Shown one piece after another: positions 24,656 to 32,657 of a stretch of DNA of 64,000 nt. Location of the stretch: assembly GCA_965209115.1 (NCBI GenBank), contig CBDBQD010000001.1, positions 1,122,071-1,186,070 on the forward strand, in the 5' to 3' direction. Under the pieces are notes generated by a model, which did no database searches, had not been told where the DNA came from, and was given only the letters and a program-made list of their open reading frames with translations. The translations under genes and the position numbers were made by a program. How positions within the stretch are numbered: position 1 is the stretch's first letter; each line of letters starts with the position of its first letter. This DNA is from Acidimicrobiales bacterium (GTDB taxonomy: Bacteria > Actinomycetota > Acidimicrobiia > Acidimicrobiales > CATQHL01).

Positions 24656-25783
24656 GTGCGGGTCGCCGGGGCGCAGCTCGCCGCGGAACCAGGGGCCGAG
24701 GATGTAAGGGAAGGTGTCGGTGAAGCTGCCGTCGCCGTTCTGGATGCGGGTGACGTGGTAGTGGTAGCCCAGGTCGTCGTGGGAATGTCCGTTGAAAGCA
24801 TCGAGGGCGTGCGGCGCCCCGTCGTCGAGGCCGATGTCGAACCAGTAGTCCTCGAAGAATGCGCCCGCAGGGACCTCCGCGGTGGTGGGTCCGGGGGCAG
24901 GCGCCGGCACCACGCCGCCGGCGGGGTCCAGCGAATCGGCCAGGCGGCAGGTCCGGCGGCCGGCTTCGGCGCACCCTGTCGCCGATCCCGCCGTGTCGTA
25001 GTCCCGGAGCCGCCAGGAGCTGCGCGCCAGGAGTTCCAGGTCGGCCCAGGGGCCGTGCACCGGGTAGCCGTCGGCGGCGAAGCCGTAGACGGGGGAGTGC
25101 CGGGCGCCGTCGTCGCCGAGGTGCAGCGCCAGGCACTCCGGGTAGACGTGCGGTGAGGACTCGTCGGCCGCCGGCCCGGCACAGGAGAACCCGTCGTCGC
25201 CCACCGCGCCGGGCGCCACCGTGCGCCAGACGCCCTCGCCGCGGTAGGTCCCGCCGTTGCTCCAGTTGGCGATGGGGGCGCCGGTCACCCACAGGCCGAT
25301 CGGGGCCCGCCCGGTGGCTGTCGGTGCCGTTGCCGGGGACGGTTCGAGGGGGAACAAGCCCGCCGTCACCTCCCCGCTGCCCGCTTCCCTCGCCACCCGA
25401 ACCGCCACGTAGAGCTCGGCGTCGATCCGCAGCACCTCCAGCGCTGTCGCCCGCACCGCCACCTCCGTCGGCGCCGGCGGCTCGGGAGTGCCTTCCAGCA
25501 CGATGAAGTCGCCGGTGTCGATGGGCTCGTAGTCCTCCCGCAGGTCGAAATGGTGGTTGCGGCGCCACCACGGCGCCGCCGGCTCGCCTCCGAAGCCCGC
25601 CAGGGCGTCGGCGGGAACGAGCCAGGCGGTCAGCAGAGGCCCGCCGGTCGCCGGGTCGCTGAGGGCAGAAGGCCCCGAGGCCGCGGCGCAGCCGGCGGCC
25701 GCCACCATCCCGACGACGGCGAGCGCTCGCGTCAGACGGGCCAGCGAGTCACGGGACCGCTGTGATGCGGGTCTCATCTCCAT
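24494..25783 (-). CDS. YHYH-domain lipoprotein
   Basis: Lipobox VAAAGC. HSHDDLGYHYHVT motif near the C-terminus, followed by a Pro-rich tail ending CLPRLGVCD. Confidence 0.75.
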   Translation of the reverse strand: MEMRPASQRSRDSLARLTRALAVVGMVAAAGCAAASGPSALSDPATGGPLLTAWLVPADALAGFGGEPAAPWWRRNHHFDLREDYEPIDTGDFIVLEGTPEPPAPTEVAVRATALEVLRIDAELYVAVRVAREAGSGEVTAGLFPLEPSPATAPTATGRAPIGLWVTGAPIANWSNGGTYRGEGVWRTVAPGAVGDDGFSCAGPAADESSPHVYPECLALHLGDDGARHSPVYGFAADGYPVHGPWADLELLARSSWRLRDYDTAGSATGCAEAGRRTCRLADSLDPAGGVVPAPAPGPTTAEVPAGAFFEDYWFDIGLDDGAPHALDAFNGHSHDDLGYHYHVTRIQNGDGSFTDTFPYILGPWFRGELRPGDPHAGGPQLPEGAVTSGSPAAQTADDPAKAPTSPSEPPTRPPEPPALCLPRLGVCD

Positions 25784-25786
25784 AGT

Positions 25787-25837
25787 CTGGATTCCGGCCC
25801 CGGATCGAGTCTGGATTCCGGCTTTCGCCGGAATGAC
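25787..25837. repeat. REP-like compound element containing the full hairpin GGATTCCGGC-TTTC-GCCGGAATGAC
   Basis: Read directly. Lies between the YHYH gene start and the stop of the glutamate-synthase-family gene. Confidence 0.85.
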
Positions 25838-25859
25838 GGGTGTTCATGGCTTGGAATTA

Positions 25860-27389
25860 TCAGTCGGTGGTGCTCACCAATCCGCGCATGCTCTGGCCGG
25901 CGAGTTCCGCCTGTTCGGTGCTGAGGGTGTCGAGATCGGGTGGGTAGCGGTAATGCTGGCAGAGGTCCACCCTCTTCGCCGGTTCCTCATACAGCAACTC
26001 CAGCGCGGTCGGCGGGACCAGCGCCGGATGAGCCACCCCGCAGGCGTGGGCCAGCTGCAGCAGTTCGGCCCGCAGGCTCATGATGTAGTTGGCGCAGCGC
26101 ACCGACTTGAGCGCCGGATCCAGGCCACGCGTCAACCAGCGGCTGTGGGTGGTGATGCCGGTGGGGCAGCGCCCGGTGTGACAGCGCTGGGTCTGGACGC
26201 AGCCGATCGCCAGCAGCGCCTCGCGCCCCACGTTCAGGAGATCGGCGCCCATGTTCATGGCCGCTAGGCCCTCGGCGCCGAATCCCAGCTTGCCGCCGCC
26301 GACGAAGGTCACCTTGTGGTGCAGGTCGTGGCCGGCGAAGGTGAGGTACACCCGGGCGAATCCCCGCCGGAAGGGCAGCGCCACGTTGTTGGTGAACACC
26401 AGCGGCCCCGCGCCGGTGCCGCCCTCGCCGCCGTCCACGTTGACGAAGTCGGGGCCCTCACCCCGCTCGGCCATGCGGCGGGCCAGCTCGTCCCAGAATC
26501 GGGCGCCGCCGACGGCGGACTTGATGCCCACCGGCAGGCCGGTCGTGTCGGCGAGCAGCTCGGTGAAGTCGATGAGGCCGTCCACGTCGCCGAAGGCGCT
26601 GTGCGCGTTGGGGCTCTTCACCGTCTTGCCGACCGGCACGCCTCTGGCGGCGGCGATCTCCGGTGTCACCTTCACGCCGGGCAGCATGCCGCCGAGGCCG
26701 GGCTTGGCCCCCTGGCTGAGCTTGACCTCGATGGCCCGGACCGGCGCCCCGGCGACGGTCTCAGCCAGCCTCGGCAGGCTGAAGGTGCCGTCGGGGTTGC
26801 GGCAGCCGAAATAGCCGGTGCCTATCTGGTAGATGAGCTCGCCGCCGTTGCGGTGGAAGTTGGAGATGCCGCCCTCGCCGGTGTTGTGCAGGCAGCCGGC
26901 GAGCCGCGCGCCGATGTTCAGGGCCTCAACCGCCGGGCCGCTGAGCGAGCCGTAGCTCATCCCCGAGATGTTCACGACCGACGCCGGCCGGAAACGTCCC
27001 GGGCGGTCCCGCCAGGCGCCCAACTCCTTGGCGCACGGCAGCGTGGCCGCCTCATCGATCCCCTCGGTGTGCGGGAAGGCGGCGTGCTTGATGATGAGGT
27101 AGCCGGTCCGGTCAACGTCCTGGTCGGTCCCGAAGCCGAAGTTGGGGTTCTGGCGCTTGGCCGAGGCGTAGACCCAGCGGCGCTGCGCCCGGTCGAAGGG
27201 CCGCTCCTCGTCGTTGCTGGCGACGATGTACTGGCGCAGTTCGGGGCCGATGCTCTCCAGCAGGTAGCGGAGATGTCCGATGATCGGGAAGTTGGCCAGG
27301 ATGGTGTGCCGGCGCTGCACCACGTCGTGGACAGCCACCGCCAGCAGGAACCCCCCGATGACGATCACGGCGATGAGCCAGCCGGCCAT
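25860..27389 (-). CDS. FMN-binding glutamate synthase family protein (GltB domain-2-like), N-terminal TM anchor
   Basis: Start at MAGWLIAVIVIGGF. NVDGGEGGTGAGP and GLGGMLPG motifs. Confidence 0.85.
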   Translation of the reverse strand: MAGWLIAVIVIGGFLLAVAVHDVVQRRHTILANFPIIGHLRYLLESIGPELRQYIVASNDEERPFDRAQRRWVYASAKRQNPNFGFGTDQDVDRTGYLIIKHAAFPHTEGIDEAATLPCAKELGAWRDRPGRFRPASVVNISGMSYGSLSGPAVEALNIGARLAGCLHNTGEGGISNFHRNGGELIYQIGTGYFGCRNPDGTFSLPRLAETVAGAPVRAIEVKLSQGAKPGLGGMLPGVKVTPEIAAARGVPVGKTVKSPNAHSAFGDVDGLIDFTELLADTTGLPVGIKSAVGGARFWDELARRMAERGEGPDFVNVDGGEGGTGAGPLVFTNNVALPFRRGFARVYLTFAGHDLHHKVTFVGGGKLGFGAEGLAAMNMGADLLNVGREALLAIGCVQTQRCHTGRCPTGITTHSRWLTRGLDPALKSVRCANYIMSLRAELLQLAHACGVAHPALVPPTALELLYEEPAKRVDLCQHYRYPPDLDTLSTEQAELAGQSMRGLVSTTD

Positions 27390-27440
27390 GTCTCTCACGC
27401 TAGTGAGCCGTTCCTCCACCTTGGCGCGCTCGCCGGTCTG

Positions 27441-27522
27441 GTCCGGTCGGGGCCGGGGCGCCGTTCGCTCTTTCGACTCCCGAGTCGTCGCGAATCGGCC
27501 CCCGGTCCCCTCCCTCGGTTGT
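27441..27522. repeat. Modular C-rich element: GTCCGGTCGGGGCC ... TCGTCGCGAATCGG ... GTCCCCTCCCTCGGTTGT
   Basis: The same modules recur at 33883-33995. Located in a divergent intergenic region. Confidence 0.7.
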
Positions 27523-27616
27523 GTGGTCACTCCTGTCGGCGCGGCGGCTGGTGCCGAATCACGCGGCACCGCGGGCATCTACACTCAGCCGCCGGCCGAC
27601 CGGAGGGAGCGAGACG

Positions 27617-29395
27617 ATGACCGACAACGCTCTGCCAGCTGACGAGCAGACCACCAGCGAGGTGCGCGACGGGATGCGCATCGACTGGGACGTGCCCATC
27701 CCGATGGACGACGGCCTGGTGCTGCGTGCCGACGTGTACCGCCCCGACGACGCCGGGCGCTACCCGGTGCTGCTCTCCTACGGCCCCTACGCCAAGGGAC
27801 TGGCGTTCCAGGAGGGTTATCCCAGCGCCTGGAACCGGATGGCCGAAGAGCATCCCGACGTGGTCGCCGGCTCCACGAACAAGTACCAGAACTGGGAGGT
27901 CTGCGACCCCGAGAAATGGGTGCCCGACGGCTACGTGTGCCTGCGGATCGACGCCAGGGGCTGCGGCCGCTCGCCCGGCTACATCGATCACTTCTCGCCT
28001 CGGGAGACCCAGGACCTCTACGACTCCATCGAGTGGGCGGCCGTCCAACCCTGGAGCGACGGCAAGATCGGGCTCTCGGGGGTCTCGTACTACGCCATGA
28101 ACCAGTGGGCGGTGGCCTCCCGCCAGCCGCCGCACCTCGCGGCCATGATCCCCTGGGAGGGCGCCGCGGAGTGGTACCGGGACTCCACCCATCACGGCGG
28201 CATGGTCAGCACCTTCTGGGACAACTGGTACGACATGCAGGTCAAGACCGTGCAGCACGGCCTGGGGACCCGGGGTTCGGTCAACCCCAACACGGGGGAG
28301 CTGACCTCGGGGCCTCCCACGCTCAGCGACGAGGAGCTGGCCGCCAACCGCTGCGCCTTCGGGGACGACATCCTGGCGCATCCCTTCGACGACCAGTACC
28401 ACGCCGACCGCTCGCCGGTCTGGGACAAGGTGGTGGTGCCGTTCCTGTCCTCGGCCAACTGGGGCGGCCAGGGTCTGCACCCGCGGGGGAACTTCGAGGC
28501 CTACACCCGCTCGGCGTCGCCGGAGCGCTGGCTGGAGGTGCACGGCATCGAGCACTGGACCGAGTACTACACCGACTACGGCGTGACGCTCCAGAAGCGG
28601 TTCTTCGGGCACTTCCTGAAGGGGGCCGACACCGGTTGGGACAGCCAGCAGCGGGTGTTGCTGCAGGTGCGCCACGTGGACCGCTTCGTGGAGCGGGCCG
28701 AGGACGACTGGCCGATCCCGCGCACCGACTGGCAGCGCTGGGGCCTGCACGCCGACGGCACCCTGCGCCGCAACAAGGAGCAGTGCGCCCGCGCCGGCGA
28801 GTTGAGCTACGAGGCCACCGGCGACGGGCTGACGTTCCTCACGACGCCACTGGCGGCAGAGACCGAGATCACCGGCCCGCTGGCGGCCAAGCTGTTCGTG
28901 TCATCCTCCACGGCTGACGCCGACCTGTTCGCAGTGTTCCGGGTGTTCGACCCCGACGGCGACGAGGTCACCTTCATGGGGGCGATCGACCCGCACACGC
29001 CGATCGCCCAAGGCTGGCTGCGGGCGAGCCATCGCAAACTCGATGCCGAACTGTCGCTGCCGTGGCGCCCCTACCACACGCACCTCGAGGCGGACCACCA
29101 GCCGCTGGTGCCCGGCGAGGTCTGCGAGTTGGACATCGAGATCTGGCCGACGTGCATCGTGGTGCCGGCGGGCTACCGCATCGGCTTCAGCGTGCGCGGG
29201 CGCGACTACGAGTACGGCGGCGACACATCGGGGCTGATGCTCTCCAACTTCAAGAACGAACTGCGCGGCTGCGGGCCGTTCCTGCACAACGACCCCCGCG
29301 ACCGCCCGCCGGAGATCTTCGAGAACGAGGTGACCCTGCACTTCGGGCCCGACCGCCCGAACCACGTCCTGGTCCCGGTCATCCCCCGGGCCTGA
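27617..29395 (+). CDS. CocE/NonD family hydrolase (S15 X-Pro dipeptidyl-peptidase-like)
   Basis: Start at ATG 27617 with GGAGGGAG upstream. YPVLLSYGPYAKG, the nucleophile region GLSGVSYYA, and a C-terminal beta-sandwich region. Confidence 0.85.
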   Translation: MTDNALPADEQTTSEVRDGMRIDWDVPIPMDDGLVLRADVYRPDDAGRYPVLLSYGPYAKGLAFQEGYPSAWNRMAEEHPDVVAGSTNKYQNWEVCDPEKWVPDGYVCLRIDARGCGRSPGYIDHFSPRETQDLYDSIEWAAVQPWSDGKIGLSGVSYYAMNQWAVASRQPPHLAAMIPWEGAAEWYRDSTHHGGMVSTFWDNWYDMQVKTVQHGLGTRGSVNPNTGELTSGPPTLSDEELAANRCAFGDDILAHPFDDQYHADRSPVWDKVVVPFLSSANWGGQGLHPRGNFEAYTRSASPERWLEVHGIEHWTEYYTDYGVTLQKRFFGHFLKGADTGWDSQQRVLLQVRHVDRFVERAEDDWPIPRTDWQRWGLHADGTLRRNKEQCARAGELSYEATGDGLTFLTTPLAAETEITGPLAAKLFVSSSTADADLFAVFRVFDPDGDEVTFMGAIDPHTPIAQGWLRASHRKLDAELSLPWRPYHTHLEADHQPLVPGEVCELDIEIWPTCIVVPAGYRIGFSVRGRDYEYGGDTSGLMLSNFKNELRGCGPFLHNDPRDRPPEIFENEVTLHFGPDRPNHVLVPVIPRA

Positions 29396-29462
29396 GGCGG
29401 CGGCCCATAGTTCCCTGTGCTATGACTCCAGCAGGCAAGGCGGATCCTGGGAGGTAGGACAG

Positions 29463-29774
29463 GTGTCGAACGAGGTGCGCAAGGACAGCTATGCCGTTGG
29501 CACGGTGGTGATCCACCGTGCCAACGCGATCGGAATCGTCGCCGCGGGCGTGATCAACGCCCTGGGTGCCGCGGCGCTGAGTCTGATCAGCGCCATGGGA
29601 CTGGTCACCGTCGGCGGCGTGAACTCGATCGGCATCGTGGCGCTCGGCGGGGTGAACTCGATCGGGTTGGTGGCGGTCGGCGGGGTGAACTCGGTCGGCG
29701 TCGTCGCCATCGGCGGCTTGAACGCCGTGGGCCTCGTCGCCATCGGCGGCGGCAACGTCACCAGCATGCTGTAG
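29463..29774 (+). CDS. Small hydrophobic protein built from seven 11-residue repeats ([VIL]-N-[SA]-x-G-x-V-A-x-G-G)
   Basis: GTG start with GGGAGG about 9 nt upstream. 103 aa. 33-bp DNA periodicity at about 29590-29750. No family recognised. Confidence 0.55.
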   Translation: MSNEVRKDSYAVGTVVIHRANAIGIVAAGVINALGAAALSLISAMGLVTVGGVNSIGIVALGGVNSIGLVAVGGVNSVGVVAIGGLNAVGLVAIGGGNVTSML

Positions 29775-29806
29775 CCCGCGGGCCGGCCCCGCCGGCCGGG
29801 CGCCCC

Positions 29807-30481
29807 TCAGCCGTCGCCGAAGCGGGCCGCGAACCAGGCCTTGGCGCGCACCAACTCGGGGGCGCTGCTGCTGAGGCGCTCCGCCCAGGCCCCTTCCGGT
29901 TGCTCCACCGGGCCGGCCTCGACGGCCACCCGGCAGCGCTCCTCCAGGTACCACAGGCGCGTGGCGGCCTCCAGCAGGTCGTCACCCACAGCCACTCCGC
30001 CGTTGGCCAGCAGCAGCATCGACTTGTTGTCCTCCAGCGTGGCCGCCATGCGGTCACCCGATTCGAGCGTGGTGATGAGCGCCAGGTCACCGTGGACGGG
30101 GACCGTCTCGCCTGCCAGGCCACCCATGCCGTGCAGCAGCGGGACCGGCTCGCCGCGCACGCCCCAGGCCGCCATGGCGGCGCCGTGGCCCCGGCAGATC
30201 GCCCCCACGTCGGGACGCGCCCGGTAGATCCCGGCGTGGATGACGATCTCCAGCGGCTTGCCGGCGGGGGCGTCGATCGCTTTGCCCTCGTCGTCGCAGG
30301 TGAGGACCTCCTCAGCGGTGTGTGCGAGCAGCGGCGCGGTGGAGCTCATCAGGAACCCGCCCCCGGCCAGCCGCGCCGACGCATGGCCGAATCCCTCCAC
30401 CAGCCGCGCCGCCGCCATCATCCGGGCCGTCGCCGCCACCTCCGCCTTGAGCCGATCGATCTCGCTAAGCATGGCTCGCAT
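29807..30481 (-). CDS. Class II aldolase/adducin family protein
   Basis: HAGIYRARPDVGAICRGHG, the typical H...H metal-site region. Start is ATG 30481 or 30472. Confidence 0.8.
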   Translation of the reverse strand: MRAMLSEIDRLKAEVAATARMMAAARLVEGFGHASARLAGGGFLMSSTAPLLAHTAEEVLTCDDEGKAIDAPAGKPLEIVIHAGIYRARPDVGAICRGHGAAMAAWGVRGEPVPLLHGMGGLAGETVPVHGDLALITTLESGDRMAATLEDNKSMLLLANGGVAVGDDLLEAATRLWYLEERCRVAVEAGPVEQPEGAWAERLSSSAPELVRAKAWFAARFGDG

Positions 30482-30697
30482 CCTCTCTCGTTCGCCCTTC
30501 GGCCCGCCGTACCTCCGACGCGTCGCCGAGATTCTGCCAGGAAGCGCTGCCCCACGGGCGCGCCGAGTGGCGCACCACCGCCTGACCAACTCGTCGGCGC
30601 ACAGATCGCGCGAGTCAGGCCCTGAAATTCGCGCAGGTTATGATGTGCAAAACGCGCATCTTAGACTCTCCAGAATGCGTAGGAAGGAGTTTCGACG

Positions 30698-32050
30698 TTG
30701 CGCAGGCCGAATGCCCAGCGGCGCCGGCCGCCTGACGTGACCGATCCGACCCGCGCTCGAGGGCGCGGTGCCAGACTCTCGGTCGAGCTGCCGGTGCTCA
30801 CCTCGGCGGCACCCGGCGGGACCGACGCGTACATCCCCCGGTTCGTGGACACCCACCTCGAGCAAGCCCTGTCGAGGTCGGGCGCGGTGGAACTGCGCGG
30901 CCCGCGCGGCGTCGGCAAGACCACCACCGCCCTGCAGGTCGCGCGCACAGTCTTCGCCTGCCAGAACGCCGACACCGCGGCCGCCATCCGCCAGGATCCG
31001 CGCTCGGCTCTGCTCGGACAGCGCACTCCCGTGCTGATCGACGAGTGGCAGGAGGTGCCCGAGGTGCTTTGGGCGGTGAAGGAGCACCTCGACACGTCGA
31101 ACGATCCTGGGCGGTTCATCATCACGGGGTCACTTCGTGGCCACCAGGGGGAGCAGTCGCCGCTCACGGGGCGGGCCGAGGCGATCGACATGTTCCCGTT
31201 CAGCGTGGCCGAGCGCCGCGGTGTTCGGACAGCGCCGCTCGCGGAGAGGTTGTTCGATGTCCACGACATCGAGGTCGGCGACACCGACCTCGGCATCAAC
31301 GACTACGTCGCCATCGCTCTGGAGAGCGGCTACCCGAACACGATGAGCGAAGTCGATCCGGGGGCGCGTGCGGCTCGGCTGCGCAACCGGATCGACGGAA
31401 CTGTCAACGTGGACGGCCTCGTCGGCCGGCACGACCGATCGAAGCTGGCCGACTTCGTCGCCGCCTACGCGCTGCACTCCGGCGGTGTCGTCCCCCTGCA
31501 GCGACTCTGCGACGACGTGGGCATCTCCCCCAACACCGGTCGGGCGTACGAGGCCTTACTGTCGAGGACCTACCTCGTGGCCGACGCCCCGTCGTTCCAC
31601 CATAACCGCATAAGTCACCTGCGCCGGTCGCCCAAGCGCCTGCTGGTGGACGCCGGTCTGCTCGCCGCGGCCTGGGGCGTGGGCGCCGACGTCATCTCCC
31701 GCAGCGCCGATCTGCGTGGGCGGTTGCTCGAGACGTTCGTGGCGGCGCAACTTCGTGCCGGCGCCCTTGCCTCCAGTGTGCGATACAGCCTCGGGCATCT
31801 CCGCCGCAACGGGCGCGAAGTGGACTTCGTGCTGGACGGCGGTGTCCGTGGCGTCGTGGCCGTGGAGGTGAAGGCGGGCATCCACGGCGGCCGCAAGGAG
31901 GCGAGGCATCTCTTCTGGCTCCGGGACCAACTCGGGGACTCCTTCGCCGGGGGCGTGGTTCTACACACCGGGCGCCGCCCCCCGCACCCCCTGGACGGCG
32001 CGCCGACGGGCCGCATCTGGTCGGTGCCGGTCTCCGTCCTCTGGGCCTGA
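30698..32050 (+). CDS. AAA-family ATPase with DUF4143 C-terminal domain (second copy)
   Basis: TTG start with AGGAAGGAG 8 nt upstream. Walker A GPRGVGKTTTA, Walker B VLIDEWQ, and ITGSLRG...LTGRAEAIDMFPFSVAE. Confidence 0.8.
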   Translation: MRRPNAQRRRPPDVTDPTRARGRGARLSVELPVLTSAAPGGTDAYIPRFVDTHLEQALSRSGAVELRGPRGVGKTTTALQVARTVFACQNADTAAAIRQDPRSALLGQRTPVLIDEWQEVPEVLWAVKEHLDTSNDPGRFIITGSLRGHQGEQSPLTGRAEAIDMFPFSVAERRGVRTAPLAERLFDVHDIEVGDTDLGINDYVAIALESGYPNTMSEVDPGARAARLRNRIDGTVNVDGLVGRHDRSKLADFVAAYALHSGGVVPLQRLCDDVGISPNTGRAYEALLSRTYLVADAPSFHHNRISHLRRSPKRLLVDAGLLAAAWGVGADVISRSADLRGRLLETFVAAQLRAGALASSVRYSLGHLRRNGREVDFVLDGGVRGVVAVEVKAGIHGGRKEARHLFWLRDQLGDSFAGGVVLHTGRRPPHPLDGAPTGRIWSVPVSVLWA

Positions 32051-32198
32051 ACTTGCCGGGCGCCTCGGTGCTGCCACGCCCCGGGGTGAGCAGGATCCCG
32101 TGGACCTCGCGGATGAGCCGGTTCGACAGTGGGAAGCCGTCCTCTCGCAGCCGCTTCAGCCCGTGCTCCAAGGCCGCCAGGTAGTCGGATTCCGCAGC
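32046..32198 (-). pseudogene. Fic/DOC family gene fragment (about 50 codons upstream of the Fic core)
   Basis: SDYLAALEHGLKRLREDGFPLSNRLIREVHGILLTPGRGSTEAPGKFR. Homology stops at the PGxFR motif, exactly at the stop codon of the ATPase gene. Confidence 0.5.
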
Positions 32199-32235
32199 CG
32201 GATTCCGGGGAACTGAGACTTCAGGCCCGACTCTT
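32199..32235 (+). repeat. 37-bp repeat CGGATTCCGGGGAACTGAGACTTCAGGCCCGACTCTT, copy 1
   Basis: Identical to 36897-36933, in the same orientation. Confidence 0.9.
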
Positions 32236-32257
32236 GGTCGTCTGGTCTCTTGTGGGG

Positions 32258-32638
32258 TCAGGCGGGGTGGTAGCGGGTGATCTCGATCATGTTGCCCCAC
32301 GGGTCGCGGAAGAAGATCTGCCGGTCGGCGGCCGGCGAGTCAGGCAACTCCCACCACTCCACGTCCGCCTCGGTGAGTTCGTCGGTCATCTCCTCGAGGT
32401 CGTCGACGAGGAACGCCAGATGCCCGTCGTTGGGTCGCAACTCGGGGTTGCCGCTCCGCGTGAAGCCACCGGTCGTGAGATGGACCGGCGTGCCGCCGGC
32501 GTCGAACCAGGCGCCGGGGAACCCGAAGTCCGGTCGGGGCAGCGGCTCCAATCCCAGCAGGTCACCGTAGAACCACACCGCCTTGTCGATGTCGCCCACG
32601 CAGAGGCTGCCGTGATCCAACTTCGTCAGCTTCGCCAT
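32258..32638 (-). CDS. VOC family protein (glyoxalase/bleomycin-resistance/dioxygenase fold)
   Basis: 126 aa. The KLDHGSLCVGDIDKAVWFYGDLLG ... HLAFLVDD ... FFRDPWGNMIEI pattern. Confidence 0.85.
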   Translation of the reverse strand: MAKLTKLDHGSLCVGDIDKAVWFYGDLLGLEPLPRPDFGFPGAWFDAGGTPVHLTTGGFTRSGNPELRPNDGHLAFLVDDLEEMTDELTEADVEWWELPDSPAADRQIFFRDPWGNMIEITRYHPA

Positions 32639-32657
32639 GATCTCCTCCTGGTCTGGA

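Noticed and set aside
29379-29954. Minus-strand ORFs (29379-29954 and 29489-29767) antisense to the 11-residue-repeat gene.
   Set aside because: They have no RBS or start context, and the longer one overlaps both the 3' end of the CocE gene and the 3' end of the aldolase gene. Their repeats (HGVQAADGDDADRVHPADRH...) are mirror images of the plus-strand repeat, which has the better initiation signals. This cannot be fully excluded without conservation data.
32199-32235. The 37-bp repeat considered as a tRNA 3' fragment marking an integrative element (attL/attR).
   Set aside because: I could not fold either copy or its flanks into a T-arm/acceptor structure. No tRNA gene and no integrase were seen nearby. 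It is kept as an unexplained direct repeat rather than called a mobile element.
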